From: Bacteroidota bacterium
Lineage (GTDB): Bacteria > Bacteroidota > Bacteroidia > Chitinophagales > Chitinophagaceae
Assembly (NCBI GenBank): GCA_023437225.1
Contig: JAEZGS010000010.1
Span: 9,608-73,607 of the forward strand
DNA length: 64,000 bases
Reading direction: 5' to 3'
Below are positions 46,888 through 55,819 of this stretch, piece after piece. The notes under the pieces are model-generated. The model worked only from the letters and a program-made list of their open reading frames with translations, was not told the DNA's origin and ran no database searches. How positions within the stretch are numbered: position 1 is the stretch's first letter; each line of letters begins with the position of its first letter. A program made the translations under genes and the position numbers.

Positions 46888-49197
46888 ATGAAAAAGGCCC
46901 TGGTTCAATTATTCGTTGGTTTAATCCTATTTACGATGGGGACAGCAAAAGTTGCGCATGCGCAAAAAACTAATCCTGCAACAGAAGCGAAGATCAAAGC
47001 GCTGGTGCAGAAAATGACACTTGAAGAAAAGGTTGGTCAGATGGCGCAGGTTGCGATCGATCAGCTCGGATCACCGAATTATGCCACCAAAACATTCAAT
47101 CTTGACCCGAAGAAGATGGAAGAGATCTTGGTGAAGTACAAGGTAGGTTCAATTTTAAATACTCCTCCGGGCATACTGTTGGACGCTAAGCAATGGAACG
47201 AAGTAGTAAACAAGATCCATGAATTCTCACAGCAGAACAGGCTTAAAATCCCTGTTATATATGGTCTTGACCAGGTGCATGGTGCAAGCTATGTGGGTGG
47301 TTTCACTTCATTTCCTCAGGAGATCGGCCAGGCCGCAACCTGGAATCGCGAGTTGGTTCGTGAAGGCGCTTCAATCGCTGCGTATGAAAGTCGCGCTGCG
47401 AATGTGCCATGGAGTTTTGCTCCTGTATTGGACCTCGGCATGAATCCAACATGGCCACGTATCTGGGAAAGTTTCGGCGAAGATTCCTATCTGGTGGGTG
47501 AGATGGGAGTGCAGTTTGTGAAAGGAATGCAGGAGCCGCTCGGAAGCAAAGAAAAAATATCTGTCAGCCTGAAACATTACCTCGGTTATTCAGATCCTAA
47601 GTTCAGTAAGGACCGTACTAACGCATGGATACCCGAACATTATCTTCGTGAGTATCATCTTCCTCCATTTGAAGCCGCTATTAAAGCAGGTGCAAGAAAT
47701 GTGATGGTGAACTCGGCATTGGTGAATGGAATACCGGGACATATCAACAAACAATTTCTTACTGATATCCTCAAGAAAGAACTTGGGTTCACAGGTTTCG
47801 TAGTAACTGACTGGCAGGACGTTGACAACATACACAAGCGTGATCGTATCGCAAAAGACAACAAGGAAGCGGTGATGCTTTGTATCAACGCAGGCATTGA
47901 TATGTCAATGATCCCATACAACTATAAAGAATTTTGCGACAACCTTGTTGCACTCGTTAAAGAAGGAAAGGTTACCCAGGCACGAATTGATGATGCAGTA
48001 ACAAGAATATTGCGTGTGAAGTTTGAGCTTGATCTTTTCAATACTCCGCTCACCTCACTGGATCAATATCCAAAATTTGGCGGTGCTGAATTTACCAGGG
48101 CTGCGTATAATACCGCCGCTGAATCCATTACGTTATTGAAGAACGAAAAAAATGTACTTCCGCTTAAGAGTAATTCAAAGATCCTGGTTGTTGGACCGAA
48201 TGCAAATTCCATGCGTCCGTTAAATGGTGGCTGGACGTACACATGGCAGGGTGATCGTACCGATGAGTTCACTGCACAATACAATACTATCCTGGAAGCA
48301 ATTGAGAAAAAGTTTGGCAAGACTAACGTAACTCATGTTGAGGGCGTTTCCTATAACATGAAAGGTAAGTATCATGAAGATAAAGTTGTGGATATTGAGG
48401 CAGCGGTGAAAGCCGCGGCTGCTGTAGATTTCGTGGTACTTTGTCTTGGGGAGAACAGTTATACTGAAACACCTGGCAACCTCAACGAGATGAATCTTTC
48501 CGATAACCAGGTGGCGTTGGCAAAAGCGATGGTGAAGGCAGGTAAGCCAATTATCCTGGTATTAAACGAAGGACGCCCGCGCATCATTAGTCAGTTTGAA
48601 CCCGGAATTTCTGCCATCTTGAATATATATCTGCCGGGTAATTTCGGAGCTGATGCACTTGCCGACATACTTGCCGGCGATGTGAACCCGAGTGGTAAAC
48701 TTCCTATTACATACCCACGCTATGCCAATTCATTGACACCTTATATTCATAAGTATTCTGATCAGATCGCTAACCCGCAGGGTGCATACGATTATACTGC
48801 CGATTTCAATCCTCAATATCATTTTGGATTTGGACTGTCGTATACAACATTTGAATACAGCGATCTGAAAGTTGATAAGAAATCAATTGAACCCAATGGC
48901 AAAGTGAATGTCAGCGTTACGGTTAAGAATTCCGGAAACGTAGAAGGAAAAGAAGTTGTTCAGCTATTTATCGGGGATGTACATGCGTCGCTTTCACCAG
49001 ACGTAAAACGATTGAGAGGATTTGAAAAAATATTTCTGAAGCCGGGAGAAAGTAAACAGGTAACGTTTGCTGTTGCTGCGAAGGATCTTGCCTTCATTAA
49101 TCTTCAGAATAAAAGGCAATTGGAAGCTGGTGATTTCAAAGTTGATATTGATAAGCTGACTGCCACCTTCTCAGTTACAAAAACAATAGTGTTTTAA
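46888..49197 (+). CDS. GH3 beta-glucosidase (BglX-like)
   Basis: 769 aa with a signal peptide. Blocks KHYLGYS and GFVVTDW (nucleophile Asp), and a C-terminal Fn3-like domain. Confidence 0.9.
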   Translation: MKKALVQLFVGLILFTMGTAKVAHAQKTNPATEAKIKALVQKMTLEEKVGQMAQVAIDQLGSPNYATKTFNLDPKKMEEILVKYKVGSILNTPPGILLDAKQWNEVVNKIHEFSQQNRLKIPVIYGLDQVHGASYVGGFTSFPQEIGQAATWNRELVREGASIAAYESRAANVPWSFAPVLDLGMNPTWPRIWESFGEDSYLVGEMGVQFVKGMQEPLGSKEKISVSLKHYLGYSDPKFSKDRTNAWIPEHYLREYHLPPFEAAIKAGARNVMVNSALVNGIPGHINKQFLTDILKKELGFTGFVVTDWQDVDNIHKRDRIAKDNKEAVMLCINAGIDMSMIPYNYKEFCDNLVALVKEGKVTQARIDDAVTRILRVKFELDLFNTPLTSLDQYPKFGGAEFTRAAYNTAAESITLLKNEKNVLPLKSNSKILVVGPNANSMRPLNGGWTYTWQGDRTDEFTAQYNTILEAIEKKFGKTNVTHVEGVSYNMKGKYHEDKVVDIEAAVKAAAAVDFVVLCLGENSYTETPGNLNEMNLSDNQVALAKAMVKAGKPIILVLNEGRPRIISQFEPGISAILNIYLPGNFGADALADILAGDVNPSGKLPITYPRYANSLTPYIHKYSDQIANPQGAYDYTADFNPQYHFGFGLSYTTFEYSDLKVDKKSIEPNGKVNVSVTVKNSGNVEGKEVVQLFIGDVHASLSPDVKRLRGFEKIFLKPGESKQVTFAVAAKDLAFINLQNKRQLEAGDFKVDIDKLTATFSVTKTIVF

Positions 49198-49218
49198 TGC
49201 AGGTTTCAAAATAATGTT

Positions 49219-51204
49219 ATGAAAGTATTGGTAATAGCGCTTGCGTTCATTGTAACGATAACGGCTGACGGCTTTGCCCAAAGCAGAAAAGCGTTCGAAC
49301 TGCGGTCACCTGATGGTAAGATCGTTGTTAACGTGACTGCTGGCGAAACAATGAGCTGGGCGGTAAGACATGAACAGACGCAAGTGCTGTTGCCTTCGCT
49401 GATTTCCATGCGACTTGCTGGCGGCGAACAATTGGGTAAAGATGTGCGCGTGGTCACTGCGAAACGCAACACTGTAAACGCAAGATTTCAAACGCCTGTT
49501 TATAAAAAGAAAGAAGTAATTGATCACTACAACGAACTGGTGTTGAAGCTGAAAGGCAATTACGGACTGGTGTTCAGGGCATATAACGATGGAGTTGCGT
49601 ATAGGTTTCAACTAGATCGTCCCGCGAAAGTGACAATTGCGGATGAGCAGGCAGAGTTTAATTTGCCGGGTGATCAACATGCCTTCATTCCATATGTCCG
49701 TGATCTTAGAAATCCCGTAGATCAGTTCGTCACATCGTTTGAGGCGCTTTATGATGAAGCACCTTTGTCGAAGCGTCAAAAAGATTCGCTGGCATTCCTT
49801 CCGCTGCTTATATCTCTTGATGACCATAAGAAAGTGGTCATCCTTGAAGCTGATGTGGAAGATTACCCGGGAATGCACGTAGGTATCAATGAGCAGAAAA
49901 CAAATTCTATCAAAGGAGTTTTTGCACCCGTTGCCCTGGAAGAAAAGACCGGAGGTTATAACAACATCAATCTGATCGTAACCCGTCGGGCGGATCATAT
50001 TGCTGTTGTGAATGGCAGTAGAAGTCTGCCCTGGAGAGCAATTATAATAAGCATCGAAGACAAACAACTTGCGAATAATGATATGGTTCAAAAGCTTTCT
50101 TCGCCAACGCGGATCCAGGATGTTAGTTGGATAAAGCCTGGAAAGGTAGCGTGGGACTGGTGGAACGATTGGAACATTTCGCATGTCGGTTTCAAAGCTG
50201 GCATCAACACAGAAACCTATAAGCATTATATTGATTTTGCCGCAGAGAATAAACTTGAGTATATCATCATGGATGAAGGCTGGAGTGAAAGTGGAAACCT
50301 GATGAAAGTATCGCCTGTAATAGATCTGCAGGAGATCATTCGTTACGGGAAGGAAAAAAATGTTGACGTCATTTTATGGGCAACATGGTATGCATTGATC
50401 CGGCAAATGGATGAGATCTTTGGAAAATATGGGGGCATGGGTGTGAAAGGATTTAAGGTAGACTTTTTTGACCGGGACGATCAGAAAGTTGTTGCTTCGA
50501 CATATGAAATTGCCAGCAAAGCTGCAGATCATAAGTTACTCATAGATTTCCACGGCATATACAAACCAACGGGATTGCAAAGGGTATATCCGAACATCAT
50601 CAACTTCGAGGGTGTGAAAGGATTGGAAAACAACAAGTGGACGCCCAATGATGACGTTCCGCGTTATGACGTTACTATTCCTTTCATCAGGATGATTGCA
50701 GGACCGATGGACTATACTCCCGGAGGAATGAGAAACGCGAACAAGTGGAATTTCCGGCCGGTGCATTCCAACCCGATGACGCAGGGCACGCGCGCACACC
50801 AGGTGGCCATGTATGTTGTATTTGAAGCCCCACTACAAATGCTGGCAGACAATCCAACGATATATCGTAAGGAACAGGAGACTACAACTTTCATTTCGGG
50901 CATCCCTACAGTGTTTGATGAAACTGTTGCACTAGACGGTAAAGTCGGAGAGTATGTGGCGATTGCACGGAAAAAAGATAAAACCTGGTATATCGGCGCG
51001 ATGACCAATTGGGACGGCAGGGAAATAGATATAGATTTCTCTTTCCTTGGTGATGGCAATTTTGAAGCAGAGATATTTCGTGATGGAATCAATGCTGACC
51101 GTGAAGCAACGGATTATGTTCGCGAAGTTGTGCCGGTGAATAAGAACTCAAAGATTAAAGTTAAGATGTCGTCCGGCGGCGGATGGGCGGCAGTGGTGAG
51201 GTAG
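49219..51204 (+). CDS. GH97 glycoside hydrolase (alpha-galactosidase or alpha-glucosidase)
   Basis: 661 aa with a signal peptide. GH97 blocks IIMDEGW and KGFKVDFFDRDDQ. Confidence 0.85.
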   Translation: MKVLVIALAFIVTITADGFAQSRKAFELRSPDGKIVVNVTAGETMSWAVRHEQTQVLLPSLISMRLAGGEQLGKDVRVVTAKRNTVNARFQTPVYKKKEVIDHYNELVLKLKGNYGLVFRAYNDGVAYRFQLDRPAKVTIADEQAEFNLPGDQHAFIPYVRDLRNPVDQFVTSFEALYDEAPLSKRQKDSLAFLPLLISLDDHKKVVILEADVEDYPGMHVGINEQKTNSIKGVFAPVALEEKTGGYNNINLIVTRRADHIAVVNGSRSLPWRAIIISIEDKQLANNDMVQKLSSPTRIQDVSWIKPGKVAWDWWNDWNISHVGFKAGINTETYKHYIDFAAENKLEYIIMDEGWSESGNLMKVSPVIDLQEIIRYGKEKNVDVILWATWYALIRQMDEIFGKYGGMGVKGFKVDFFDRDDQKVVASTYEIASKAADHKLLIDFHGIYKPTGLQRVYPNIINFEGVKGLENNKWTPNDDVPRYDVTIPFIRMIAGPMDYTPGGMRNANKWNFRPVHSNPMTQGTRAHQVAMYVVFEAPLQMLADNPTIYRKEQETTTFISGIPTVFDETVALDGKVGEYVAIARKKDKTWYIGAMTNWDGREIDIDFSFLGDGNFEAEIFRDGINADREATDYVREVVPVNKNSKIKVKMSSGGGWAAVVR

Positions 51205-51207
51205 AAA

Positions 51208-51248
51208 TGGGAAATGGAAAATGGAAAATGGGAAATGGGAAATGGAAA
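51208..51248. repeat. tandem heptamer array TGGGAAA-(TGGAAAA)2-(TGGGAAA)2-TGGAAA
   Basis: Read directly. It starts 4 nt after the GH97 stop (TAG 51202-51204) and ends 39 nt before the next start (51288). Confidence 0.85.
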
Positions 51249-51287
51249 GCGGGCAATGTACTATTTTGCGGCGGCAAACTTTGATGA

Positions 51288-51674
51288 ATGAAGTATACTC
51301 AATGGATCGGTATTGTTGCTGCGATAATTATGGTTGCTGCTTGTTTTATGCCCTGGACGTATTATCCTGATATCGACCAGACCTTCAATGGATTTTATTC
51401 TTACCAGAATGTTTATGGCCGCCCGGGTAAAGCAATTACGGTGCTTGCAATCATCTGCATTATTTTCTTTCTTATCCCGCGCATTTGGGCCAAGCGATGG
51501 AATATTTTCTTCGGCGTAATTACACTTACCTATGTTTTAAAGACATTCATTCTTTTCAGCGGCTGCTACCGCGGTATTTGCCCTACCAAACTTTACGGTG
51601 TATGGGTGACATTGGTCGCCGCAATAGTCGTCTTATTAGGAGTATTGCTACCAACAGGCAGGACGGATAAGTGA
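51288..51674 (+). CDS. integral membrane protein, unknown function
   Basis: 128 aa with 4 TM. No motif recognised. Confidence 0.5.
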   Translation: MKYTQWIGIVAAIIMVAACFMPWTYYPDIDQTFNGFYSYQNVYGRPGKAITVLAIICIIFFLIPRIWAKRWNIFFGVITLTYVLKTFILFSGCYRGICPTKLYGVWVTLVAAIVVLLGVLLPTGRTDK

Positions 51675-51692
51675 GCCGACAATAGGGGAGAG

Positions 51693-52850
51693 TTAGGAAT
51701 AATTTGCCATTCCAAAAGCCTTATTCCTGATTCTGCTAAAGTTGATTCGCTTCATTTCCTGGTATACCTCCGTGGCTACTGTCTTTGCCCGAATCATGCT
51801 GCTGTCCCTTAGCCCCGACTTAATGATTATCCGTGAACCGACCTTTGCATAGGATCGGGCCTCATCAAGCCATACCGTCTTGATTCTTTGGCAGATAGGA
51901 TTTACCGATTTTTCTTTATTCAATGAGGAGGCGATCTCTGGCGGTACCGTTGTTCCTAATAATTGTTCACATAGGCGCAATCCGACGTATAGGCACTTGC
52001 TCAAATTAAGTTTGCGGGTCTCTAAATGAATTCTGTTCCAGTCAAGCCCGGGGTGCGAATTTACTAATGCATGGAAGTCGCAAATGTGCCGCATCTTCTT
52101 AAAGTAATTTCGCATTCCGTGATGCACCAGTATTGATAGAAAGAGATCTTCAGGATGTAACTGGCGAACCCGGGTCCCAAACGCGTTTTTCATTTCAGAA
52201 CGTTCCCACATTCTCTTCATATCAAGATCAACCTTATAATAGCTCTTCGCCAGGCGCCAATGAACATCCATTTCAACTGAATTTACCGTATCTACAAATT
52301 CAAGGGCATGATCGTGCACCATTAAGTGCGCGATGTTTCGCGGCGTATTTTCAAATTTGGGTGAGTATCCGATTTGCCTGAATATATCAATGGACCTCCT
52401 AACATCGTCTTCATGAATAATCACGTCCAGGTCGAGAAACGTTCTCAATGTTGTGTCAGGGTACATTACCGACAACGATGGGCCCTTGTAAGGAATAATC
52501 TCCAGGCCTGCGCCGGCGCAGTGGTTAACAGCCTCACGGAGATGTTGAAAATGCTTCTCATTTTTTTCTTTGCCTGTATCAAACATTGTTTCGACCGCCG
52601 TCCAGACATCATTGGGCACCAGCTTTTTGTGCTCCTGGAGCGAATGATGGAGAAAGGCCACAACACCATTGTTTTTTGCCGCGAGTAAAAGGTTGTTCCA
52701 ATTTTTGTGTCGCGATATTAATTCCTGCACTTCTACATGATCCGTCTGGGAAAGAAATTGTTTCTGGATGGAATACCTCAGCAGTTCATAGATCGATGTT
52801 GGCATAGAAATCGGGTTAAGCATGTTGAATATAGAAAAATCAGACGGCAA
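51693..52850 (-). CDS. pol-beta-fold nucleotidyltransferase, NTP_transf_5 (PF14907)-like
   Basis: 385 aa. KGPSLSVMYPDTTLRTFLDLDVIIHEDDVRRSIDIFRQIGY carries the G-S...D-x-D nucleotidyltransferase motif, followed by DVHWRL. The layout matches the 'uncharacterised nucleotidyltransferase' family as I remember it. The true start may be an internal Met (M10 or M16). Confidence 0.7.
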   Translation of the reverse strand: MPSDFSIFNMLNPISMPTSIYELLRYSIQKQFLSQTDHVEVQELISRHKNWNNLLLAAKNNGVVAFLHHSLQEHKKLVPNDVWTAVETMFDTGKEKNEKHFQHLREAVNHCAGAGLEIIPYKGPSLSVMYPDTTLRTFLDLDVIIHEDDVRRSIDIFRQIGYSPKFENTPRNIAHLMVHDHALEFVDTVNSVEMDVHWRLAKSYYKVDLDMKRMWERSEMKNAFGTRVRQLHPEDLFLSILVHHGMRNYFKKMRHICDFHALVNSHPGLDWNRIHLETRKLNLSKCLYVGLRLCEQLLGTTVPPEIASSLNKEKSVNPICQRIKTVWLDEARSYAKVGSRIIIKSGLRDSSMIRAKTVATEVYQEMKRINFSRIRNKAFGMANYS

Positions 52851-52937
52851 ATGAAATTCCCCTGGTTATTTTTCCAAATTCTAGAAGAATGACTAAACGT
52901 TTAATATATTCAACTGGTGATGAAATAATTGCTTTCC

Positions 52938-54731
52938 ATGAATTACAAGTTTCGTCCGGGTTTAATTGGCTATAACGTCTTTTTCTACCGGGTTCTTGGT
53001 GGACGTCTATTCGTTTATCTCATCCTGGGTGTTTTTGTAAGCCTGATGGATGGAATTGGGATATCCATGTTTATTCCCCTATTGCAATCTACAGTCAATG
53101 AAAACGGAAAGGTTGGCCAACAGAGTCAGTTTGACGGAATACTTCAGCATTTTGAGAGATTCGGCTTAGAACCATCGATAACCGTAATACTATCGATACT
53201 CGTGATAGTGTTTTGTCTAAAGGGCTTTGCAAAATTCCTGCAGGGCAAGTACCAGGTAATACTACGATATTATTTTTTCAAAAAGATAAGGAGCAACCTG
53301 ATAATGAATCTGAGAAACCTCAGCTATGAAGGTTTTATGCAATTGAACGTGGGTAGAATTCAGAATAATCTTGTGCTTGAGGTACAGCGCCTGTTTCAGA
53401 ACATGAATCATTATTTCAATGCGGCAAAGTCCGTAATGATGTTTCTTACTTATCTGCTTCTTGCCTTGCTTGCCAATTACCAGTTTGCGTTGTTCGTTAT
53501 TCTGGGCACAAGCATTTCGAATTTATTGTTTCGCCGGTTTCAGCATAAAACAATTAAAGTATCGAACGAAGTTTCAAAAACAGGTAACCTCTTCAACAGC
53601 TATCTTATACAAGCGATTCATTATTTCAAATACCTGAAAGCAACGGGGCAATTCAATAAATATTCTGAACAGATGTCCGGTGCGATGGACAAAAGTGAGG
53701 AGCTCAATAAGGAAATGGGTAATTATACCGCTATAGTAATGGGTATACGGGAGCCCACCGTAATCATTATTGTGGCTATCGTTATATATGTACAGGTAGT
53801 TTTGATGGGCTTCCAGTTTTCAGCAATTATGTTAGCCCTATTAATGCTGTTCCGGGCACTTACCTCACTTATGGCATTCATGAATGTGTGGCAATATTTC
53901 ATGCAGAACGTTGGTGCTATGACCTCGATCCATGAGCTGTCTTCTGAAATGCAGACGCTTGCTGAAAAGCAGCAGGGTGCTGAACCGGTTAACAGCATTC
54001 TTGAAGTGACTTTGGAAGGGGTGGGTTATGAAAGACAGGGAAAGCAAATCCTGAACAATGTAAACCTGGTAATCAAGCCTAACCACACAACCGGGATCAT
54101 TGGTGAAAGTGGTTCTGGAAAAACGACCGTTGCAAATATCATCGCAGGGTTAATATCGCCATCAGATGGAAAGGTGCTGATAAATGGTATTCCATCGTTC
54201 AAACTAAATCTCATGGAGTATAGATCGAAGATCGGATACATCTCTCAGGACCCCGCAATATTTGACGATACGATCTTTAACAATGTGACTTTTTTCGACG
54301 ACCCAACACCGGCAAATCTTAAGCGTTTTTTCGAAGTGGTCGAGGATGCGTCGTTGAGTGAATTCCTCGAGAAAATTGATGGCCATGAACAGGCTCTTCT
54401 GGGAATGAATGGCACATTGATTTCAGGTGGTCAGAAACAACGTATAGCTATTGCGAGAGAATTGTATAAGCGTTCAGACCTTCTGATCTTCGACGAGGCA
54501 ACTTCAGCGCTAGATGCCGAAACCGAAGCTGCAATAAGAGAAAGTTTGAAGAAGCTTCATGGAAGCTGTACGATACTTGTGATTTCGCATAGGTTATCAA
54601 ACATCCGTGATGCAGACCTGGTGTATATCATGGACGATGGAACTATAATAGAATCCGGCAGTCCGGAAGAGTTGATCACCTATTCAGCACTTTTTAAACG
54701 ATTGGTAGCTGTGCAGCAATTTCATAACTAA
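52938..54731 (+). CDS. ABC exporter, fused TMD-NBD half-transporter
   Basis: The track starts at TTG 52929; ATG is at 52938. Six N-terminal TM. Walker A GESGSGKTT, signature LISGGQKQRIAIAREL, Walker B LLIFDEATSALD, H-loop VISHRL. Confidence 0.9.
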   Translation: MNYKFRPGLIGYNVFFYRVLGGRLFVYLILGVFVSLMDGIGISMFIPLLQSTVNENGKVGQQSQFDGILQHFERFGLEPSITVILSILVIVFCLKGFAKFLQGKYQVILRYYFFKKIRSNLIMNLRNLSYEGFMQLNVGRIQNNLVLEVQRLFQNMNHYFNAAKSVMMFLTYLLLALLANYQFALFVILGTSISNLLFRRFQHKTIKVSNEVSKTGNLFNSYLIQAIHYFKYLKATGQFNKYSEQMSGAMDKSEELNKEMGNYTAIVMGIREPTVIIIVAIVIYVQVVLMGFQFSAIMLALLMLFRALTSLMAFMNVWQYFMQNVGAMTSIHELSSEMQTLAEKQQGAEPVNSILEVTLEGVGYERQGKQILNNVNLVIKPNHTTGIIGESGSGKTTVANIIAGLISPSDGKVLINGIPSFKLNLMEYRSKIGYISQDPAIFDDTIFNNVTFFDDPTPANLKRFFEVVEDASLSEFLEKIDGHEQALLGMNGTLISGGQKQRIAIARELYKRSDLLIFDEATSALDAETEAAIRESLKKLHGSCTILVISHRLSNIRDADLVYIMDDGTIIESGSPEELITYSALFKRLVAVQQFHN

Positions 54732-55819
54732 TCATGCTTTGTTTGTTTGCGTATGAATTCAAGTAAAGATTTGAAATGCTCTAGTCTGCGGTAATTCCCA
54801 CTGAAGCGATACCAGGGCATGTCGTTAAGAAAATAAACAGATCCATTCCGCCTGGTCGTACACCAATGCGGATGGATTGCATCAGGGAATTCATTTAAGA
54901 TACTTGCGCTGTCGAATTTCTCGTGTTCTTCAAACAGAGTTATTTGTTCTTCCTGACCGTCATTATTCAGATCGACAAGGATACCAAATTTTAAATTGGA
55001 GTATGGCTTTATTTCGCGTCCCAGAGTTCCCGATAGCTCAGCCATTGTTACATGAAACTTGGTATCGTGCTTATCAGATATCCAGGTGCCTTTCAATTGC
55101 TCGGAATTGAACAGTGTAGATTCGTAAAGCGCTTCCTTTCTAAGTCGGATTGGTTGCGGACTTCCAAATGCCGCTTGCGATGTGCTGTTATAATATATCT
55201 TATCATCCGCGATGAAAACTATTTCTTCATCGAGCTCCAGAAGCCTGACTACCGTAGTGGTTTTGCCTTTACGCTTTTGGCCAGCAAGAAGAAACCCGGT
55301 TCCATTCAAACTAAGACAACCCGCGTGGAGTTTTATCCATCCATTTGGAAGCTTGTCAGTCAACAATCCTCTAATAATGAAGACGGGATCATCAGTAAGT
55401 GCTTCCATTTTATTTTGGAAAAAAAGCAGGAAGGTATTTGATTCACGGTCCCATAAATACAATCGTGTTTGAAGAAGATCCCTGATGATAGTTATTTCAT
55501 CTTCTGTAACGAATCGCAATGCAGGTGTATCGCAATGTATTTGTATTAATTCCGAAGTACCAGGAAAATTCATTCCATGAAGGGGAAGCGGATCGGAGTA
55601 ATAGGCGTAAACCTGCGGCGAGCCGATGATGTTTGTCTCTTCAAAATGATGTGAGAGCATCCGACAACAACTTTCGATCGTTGCAGGGTTATTGGTATAA
55701 AGAGTGCACGGCGTTGCATCGAGGATCAAATGATGTATGGTCCAACTTCTGTGAAGTAAAGTTGAATCACTGCTCTTAAGTTGTACGAGGAGTTTATCAA
55801 AGATTTGCCTGCCTTTCAA
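54728..55819 (-). CDS. HprK C-terminal-domain-like P-loop protein (putative kinase) with unknown ~165-aa N-domain
   Basis: 363 aa. LHAGCLSLNGTGFLLAGQKRKGKTTTVVRLLELDEEIVFIADD follows the HPr-kinase-like pattern (LH..G.G.LL.G.sG.GKS...L......aDD). The P-loop lies at 55259-55285. Confidence 0.6.
   Translation of the reverse strand: MKGRQIFDKLLVQLKSSDSTLLHRSWTIHHLILDATPCTLYTNNPATIESCCRMLSHHFEETNIIGSPQVYAYYSDPLPLHGMNFPGTSELIQIHCDTPALRFVTEDEITIIRDLLQTRLYLWDRESNTFLLFFQNKMEALTDDPVFIIRGLLTDKLPNGWIKLHAGCLSLNGTGFLLAGQKRKGKTTTVVRLLELDEEIVFIADDKIYYNSTSQAAFGSPQPIRLRKEALYESTLFNSEQLKGTWISDKHDTKFHVTMAELSGTLGREIKPYSNLKFGILVDLNNDGQEEQITLFEEHEKFDSASILNEFPDAIHPHWCTTRRNGSVYFLNDMPWYRFSGNYRRLEHFKSLLEFIRKQTKHD

Noticed and set aside
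49612-50226. 204-aa minus-strand ORF, together with similar long antisense ORFs at 28358-28771, 57363-57770 and 6046-6399.
   Set aside because: All lie entirely inside strongly supported plus-strand genes (GH97, DUF2157, the 547-aa protein and VOC) and carry no recognisable motifs.
52851-52975. Two micro-ORFs in or next to the divergent region between the nucleotidyltransferase and the ABC exporter, considered as RiPP precursor candidates. They are MKFPWLFFQILEE* (52851-52892) and MTKRLIYSTGDEIIAFHELQVSSGFNWL* (52889-52975).
   Set aside because: The first is only 13 aa and starts at the base adjacent to the opposite-strand start codon. The second overlaps the exporter start (52938) by 38 nt in another frame. 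Neither has a leader/core-like layout or a Ser/Thr/Cys-rich core. They cannot be supported without conservation data.
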